Shown one piece after another: positions 51,242 through 55,983 of a DNA stretch of 55,983 bases. The position numbers were made by a program, and so were the translations under genes. The DNA comes from Dimorphilus gyrociliatus. Its lineage: Eukaryota; Animalia; Annelida. Within the stretch, counting starts at the first letter, position 1. Each line of letters begins with the position of its first letter. The stretch spans positions 13,517 to 69,499 of the forward strand of contig CAJFCJ010000072.1 of NCBI GenBank assembly GCA_904063045.1, in the 5' to 3' direction. A model generated the notes under the pieces. The model was not told where the DNA came from and searched no databases. It saw only the letters and a program-made list of their open reading frames with translations.

Positions 51242-53755
51242 GATATAGAAATTATTAATCCTGATAATGGATATGACATTACTAGCAATTATGAGACAAA
51301 TCAACTGCTAACCTCTTCTGAAAGCAATAGTGAATGGGATTTTAATCCAGAATCTGATAGTCATGCTGCTAATTCAATGCAAGAAGAATTAAGTATCTGG
51401 ACTAGTTCTGACAATGACTCAATTATTCTTATTGATTCATCTGAAGAGGAGACTGAAATTACAAATATTTCAGATAGTGAGTCAATTATTACTATAGATT
51501 CAGTCACAGATGCAATTGAAAGTAGCCTTGAAGAAATGGAAATGAAGACCCAGTACATAGAATTGGAAGATGGAATAACTGTAGCAGTTGAACCAAAACA
51601 AGAAACTTCTGATGGTGAAACAAGAACCAATATAAGAAGAACTAGCAGGAAACCAATGTCATGGTTATCATTATGGTTGACACTTATAATGATTTTCAAC
51701 TGCAGTAGTCCAAGCACAGTCCCAAAATCATTGTACCAAGGTGCTGCTGTTACAAGTGCAAACATAACTTTAACATTTAAGCCACCCTTATATTTCTGTT
51801 CTAATCAACTACCTACTCAGGCATTTGATCTAGCAGAGGAACCTGTTTGTAGCATAGAAGGCCAGCAAACAAAAAAAATAACAGCTGACATCTATGAATT
51901 GAAGTTACATGAAATTGTAACAAGGGCAGTCAAATGTAAAGTGTATCTAAGAACTAACTTTTACATATATTATTTCTTTGGAGCAAAGAAGAGGAGAATT
52001 GTTGATTCAATTATCAAACTAACACCTGAACATTGCAGACAGATGGTTAAAGACAAACAATCTTTCCAAGGAAAAGCCTTGACTGTTAGAAGCAACACTT
52101 GGATCTACAGAGATAAATTCCCAGAAGCATATACATGGCCAACAACTACAGAAGTCCTAGAATATACCACCATCATGCAGTTTGGAAAAGCATATTGGCA
52201 ACCTCCAAATATGAAAATTACTACCAATCTTGACTACCTAGAAGACTGTCTACCAGGGCAGTCATACTGTGAAACAGAAGAAGCTATTATTGTCTTAAGA
52301 AACCTTAAAAATAATTACACTATTGGACAACAATCACCATGGAAGAAATTGGTAACCAAGTTAGCTGTATAAAATTTGCTGGTCACTATTCTTGCCCAGG
52401 GTATTCTATTCTAGACATCCCTTACCAAGACAAATTCATTGATAGTATTGGTGGCCCTGGAACCAAAGTACTAGTGCCATTAGAAGAAAGGAATCTGATA
52501 TTGGAAACAGCCAGTGAACACCTATACCAAGCATTACACTATCATAGGATTGGAGAAATTGAAGAAAAATGATTATTAAACTATCCCAATAAAGTAAAAG
52601 AACAACTCACATTATATAAACGTAACAATCTTTTACCCAGCCTTAATGAATGGTATAGAAACACTAACACAAAGTATAAATTAATGAGAGCTAAGGGTAA
52701 ATTGAGAGAAATTGTGACCTATCACTTGCAGCAACCTATTAGTCCATCACATTGGGAGTTAGATAACTACTATATTGAAGAAATGTTAAAAGCAGTAAAA
52801 ATATAAATTCTCACTACAAATAAGAGAGGCTGCCCAAACATCTCCTCTGCTACAGTTCACTGAGCAATTATCAGGACTACTATGCAATCAATTTGTACAA
52901 TGAAGTAGAATGATTGCATTACTTGCAAACCTGGACCCTCAGCTGACCACTGTATTGACAGACCAGTTGGGTATGCACAGCAGTCAAATGGGAGAACTAG
53001 CAATAGTTAAGCAATGTTCACCAATAGCTTCCACAGAAGTAGTTTGTGACTTAGCAATAATAAAGAAGGATAACAAATGTTCCCAATTCTTAATTGTTGC
53101 AATGAATAACCTTCTCTTTCAGGTAGAACCTGTTACTCATGTTCTATGGCAAGTTAATTTGGAACAGATTACCTATAATGACTGCAAAACAAAGAAGCTT
53201 TTCTACAAAACAACTCATAACCCTTTGAGCCCTGTAAGAACTCAAACAATGAAAGACAAAATGTATGTTTATTATTCTGAAAAAGGATGCAAATTTCACA
53301 CTGTATCTGCAAAATCAATGCAGCTAAAGATCAATAATCAACTGTCTGAACCAGAGCTGGAAATTGCTAGGCTAGCTGACCTACTCCATCATGGGATAAA
53401 GAAAGATATTGGGTACCAACACTCAAAAATACAGCAAGCAATTGAGTCACTGGAACAAAATCAAGCTAGATATGATAGCATGGTACATATTGCAGAAGAA
53501 AATGGCATTGTACATGGTCCATCTGGAATTAAACAATTTTTTCATCATTGGTATTACCAGCCTGGAAAAACACTTTACATCACTTTATGAAATATTTGCT
53601 TGAGTATCCTAGTATTGATAATTGGTGTTATGATTATCCACAATTGTAGAGTGAGAAACAAGCAAAAGCCTGTAGAAAACACCATAAATGAGATTGAAGA
53701 TGACTTCTCAGAGCAGCCCATTCCTAACACCAAGCCCAGGAAAAGATCAATCTGA
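51242..53755 (+). pseudogene. env: LTR-retrotransposon env remnant (acidic pol-tail-like linker + class III-like fusion glycoprotein)
   Basis: Acidic linker, RRTSR, hydrophobic WLSLWLTLIMIF, Cys-rich ectodomain (KCK..YYFFGAK..EHCRQM; YTWPTT; LDPQL..MGELAIVKQC), TM ICLSILVLIIGVMII after a TGA, short tail ending 53755. At least two frameshifts and several stops. Directly followed by a PPT and LTR. Confidence 0.85.
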
Positions 53756-53829
53756 GAAACAGGAGCCACCTCCTGTGATCCTACTCAAACCAAGATGAAG
53801 AGACTCATCTTCACAAAGAAGGGGGAAGT

Positions 53830-54435
53830 TGTACAACTTTCATTCTATTCTATTCTTATTCTATACTACTATTATATATAACTTACTAGAAACTGATGCA
53901 AGGAAATACAATAACATGTGGCCTAACACAGACCTTCTTGGTCATACTTAAGGTTCATCCTAAGTACCACTTAAGTTTTGGCCACATTATGATTGATCAG
54001 CTTGTCTAAGGTTTTGGCCAAACTATGATTAATTAACTTTCTCAAGTGGGGAACTTTGTAACATATTGTTCTAAGGACAAACATGAACTAGGTGAGTTCA
54101 CAGCTGTAAAGTGGTGATTGGATGCTAGACAATAATCTTCAAGTATATAACTCCTCACTGCTTTACTCCAATCGGCTAACCTCAACCTGGGAGGATGAAC
54201 TGGAACCAACACCCACTGGGATCCTGCTATTTCCTCAACATTGGACACTAGTTTGGTAATTTGGCAACCTACTGTTACCCACTACTTACTCTGCTATTCA
54301 ACTTTCATATTGTTACTTGCTTAAGTATTATTTTCAATAAACCACTTAAATTTAAACACTTTGTTTAAAGGTTCGAGTAGAACCAGTACTGTTATAAGTT
54401 ACAAACGCATAAATTGGCAAGACCAAAGCAGTACA
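53830..54435 (+). mobile_element. 3' LTR (606 bp) preceded by a polypurine tract
   Basis: PPT aagaagggggaagt (53816-53829). tgtac...gtaca termini. Two other copies in the window. 3' flank atat. Confidence 0.92.
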
Positions 54436-54475
54436 ATATTGTATTGAGCTGACTACTTCTCCATACTCCATGAAT

Positions 54476-55250
54476 TCAATGTGGACTAAACCCAAATAGT
54501 TCTGACTTGGCCATTCTAAGCTTCTTGTTAGGTGGTGATGATGTGTGTTTATAAGTCAAAGAAGACCTTTTAGATTGTGGATCATAGAGGTGTACCCATG
54601 TTTCATCTCCAGTCACAATTTTTTCTAAAAAGTCTCTTCCTTCTGCTGTGTATCTTTCAAGTAGCTCCATACAATGACTCACCCTCACCTGCTTCTGAAC
54701 CAGATTGAGAGCATAAGGAATCCATTTTGCATAGATCTTTCTGTATCCTAGCTCCTTTATAATTTTCCCTACAGTCTGTTGACAAATGTCTATTTGTTGG
54801 GCGATTGCTCTCTGAGAAATGGTCCAATCTTCTCTGATAAGCCTGTCAATTTCTTCTCTATTCTGACCTGTTACAGCTGTGCTTGGATGACCAGATCTTG
54901 CCAAATCTTCAAAATTTTTCCTTCCTTTTTTTATGTCAGATACCCACCTCCTTATTGAGCTTTCACTCAGAGTTTCATCCCCGCAAAAGCTTTTTAACAG
55001 CTTATAAATTTGTCTCGCAGACACCTTCTCATGCACTAAAAATGCTATGATTGGTCATTGATCGGAACATATGCACATGACTTGCAGTTGCTTATACCAA
55101 AATAAATTTGTAATACCTCAACAGAATCAAATGAAAGTTTGCACAGTGAAAGTTTACTAATTTCCTAAGATTATTGGAAAGTATCAATGATATTAGTTAA
55201 GCCATTTTAAAATTACAGCACAGTGATTGAAACTTTTTATTTGTACCTAA
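54476..55250 (-). mobile_element. Mariner (DD34D-type) transposon, 5' half
   Basis: HTH SIRRWV..F..ED..RSGHP, KWIPY.L and IVTGDETWVHLYDP. TIR-like ttaggtacaaataaaaagtttcaatcactg next to TA at 55251-55252. The N-terminal DQ*PIIAFL carries a probable CGA>TGA stop. Truncated at the 3' end. Confidence 0.9.
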
Positions 55251-55347
55251 TAGATAGCGGACCATATAACCCTAATTTTTCATAAAATAGACATGTTTAC
55301 AATAAAAAGAACTTTGTTTATTCTAAAGAATTGTCAATAGCATAAAA

Positions 55348-55983
55348 TTAATAATTTTTCCAATGTAATTGCTTTTGTAATAAAGTTCTTAATGACAAAG
55401 AAGCTTTTAAAATATCCTCACTACAATGATCATTTGAATGGTAATTTGCTCTTGAAAAAGAAACAAAATATTTTCCATCTATATTGTAAATATTTTTTAA
55501 ATCAATTCCATCATTTAGGGAAAACATATAGCTATGACAAAAGTCAATTGCTATGAATATTTTCATTGTTAAATTGTAAATTTCATTTGCTGTCATTTTC
55601 TTATTAAAATTAACAACACAATCCTTCTCTTTTCGAACATTTTCCAAAGCAATGTGTTTTGAAGCAGCTCCTTGATAGAATTCAATCCCTGACAACAAAA
55701 GTATGTATGCAGTTGAAGGAAAAATATTAATTATACAAAAAACATTTCTAACATTTTCTTCCCATTTCATTTTCAAAAAATTTTTTCTTTGCTTCACTGA
55801 AATGAGATGACAAAATATAAAATGAGAAAGATATGATGGAAATCATATACTTGCCCCCGCTTTTTAAGCAGTAATCTAAATTGCAGGGAAGTATACAAAA
55901 ATGGATTTAAAACTGAATTGATTGGCAAGCAGACTGTTATAATCCAAGCATAAACATCATTTGAAATATTTATTTTTCTTATA
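55348..55983 (-). CDS. 3' end of a GRL101/LGR-type GPCR (TM7) followed by a kinase-like (pseudokinase) exon; gene extends beyond the window
   Basis: 55982-55851 translates ISNDVYAWIITVCLPINSVLNPFLYT (LGR TM7). An intron-like 55850-55797 segment follows, then ORF ..KIFIAIDFCHSYMFSLNDGIDLKNIY..SEDILKASLSLRTLLQK, homologous to 8096-8620. Confidence 0.78.

Noticed and set aside
41815-54248. Matching 68-aa ORFs (MSNVEE...) at 41907-42113 and 54042-54248
   Set aside because: Both lie inside LTR copies; their similarity reflects the repeat, with no evidence of coding function.
1-55983. Uni-strand piRNA-cluster-like orientation bias of TE fragments
   Set aside because: Fragments occur on both strands in comparable numbers. 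A dual-strand cluster cannot be judged without small-RNA data.
1-55983. tRNA, rRNA or spliceosomal RNA genes
   Set aside because: None recognisable by eye; a covariance-model scan would be needed to exclude them.

Overview
Very AT-rich animal genomic DNA with short (~50-75 bp) GT-AG introns. The gene families (GRL101-like LDLa/LRR GPCRs, C1q-domain, F5/8C, RNI-like LRR) point to a compact-genome lophotrochozoan. It resembles the annelid Dimorphilus gyrociliatus, but that is my inference only. The window is a transposon graveyard interleaved with mostly broken members of expanded receptor/immune-type families. Mobile content: more than 10 Mutator-like (MULE, Phantom-type PHD-FLYWCH-transposase) copies or relics, five with readable 8-9 bp TSDs and one nested inside another; a Penelope-like element; Tc1 and mariner relics; and an LTR family present as a solo LTR, a partial LTR and a 3' env+PPT+LTR remnant whose env resembles a class III (gB/chuvirus-like) fusogen. 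The clearly intact host ORFs are a secreted CBM14x2-TSP1-C1qx3 protein and an LRR-only protein. Best candidate for an undescribed system: two separate loci (8.1-13.8 kb and 55.3-56.0 kb) where a GRL101/LGR-type 7TM receptor continues after TM7 into a degenerate protein-kinase-like domain, i.e. a putative GPCR-pseudokinase fusion family. All motif calls, alignments and counts were made by eye; no searches were run.
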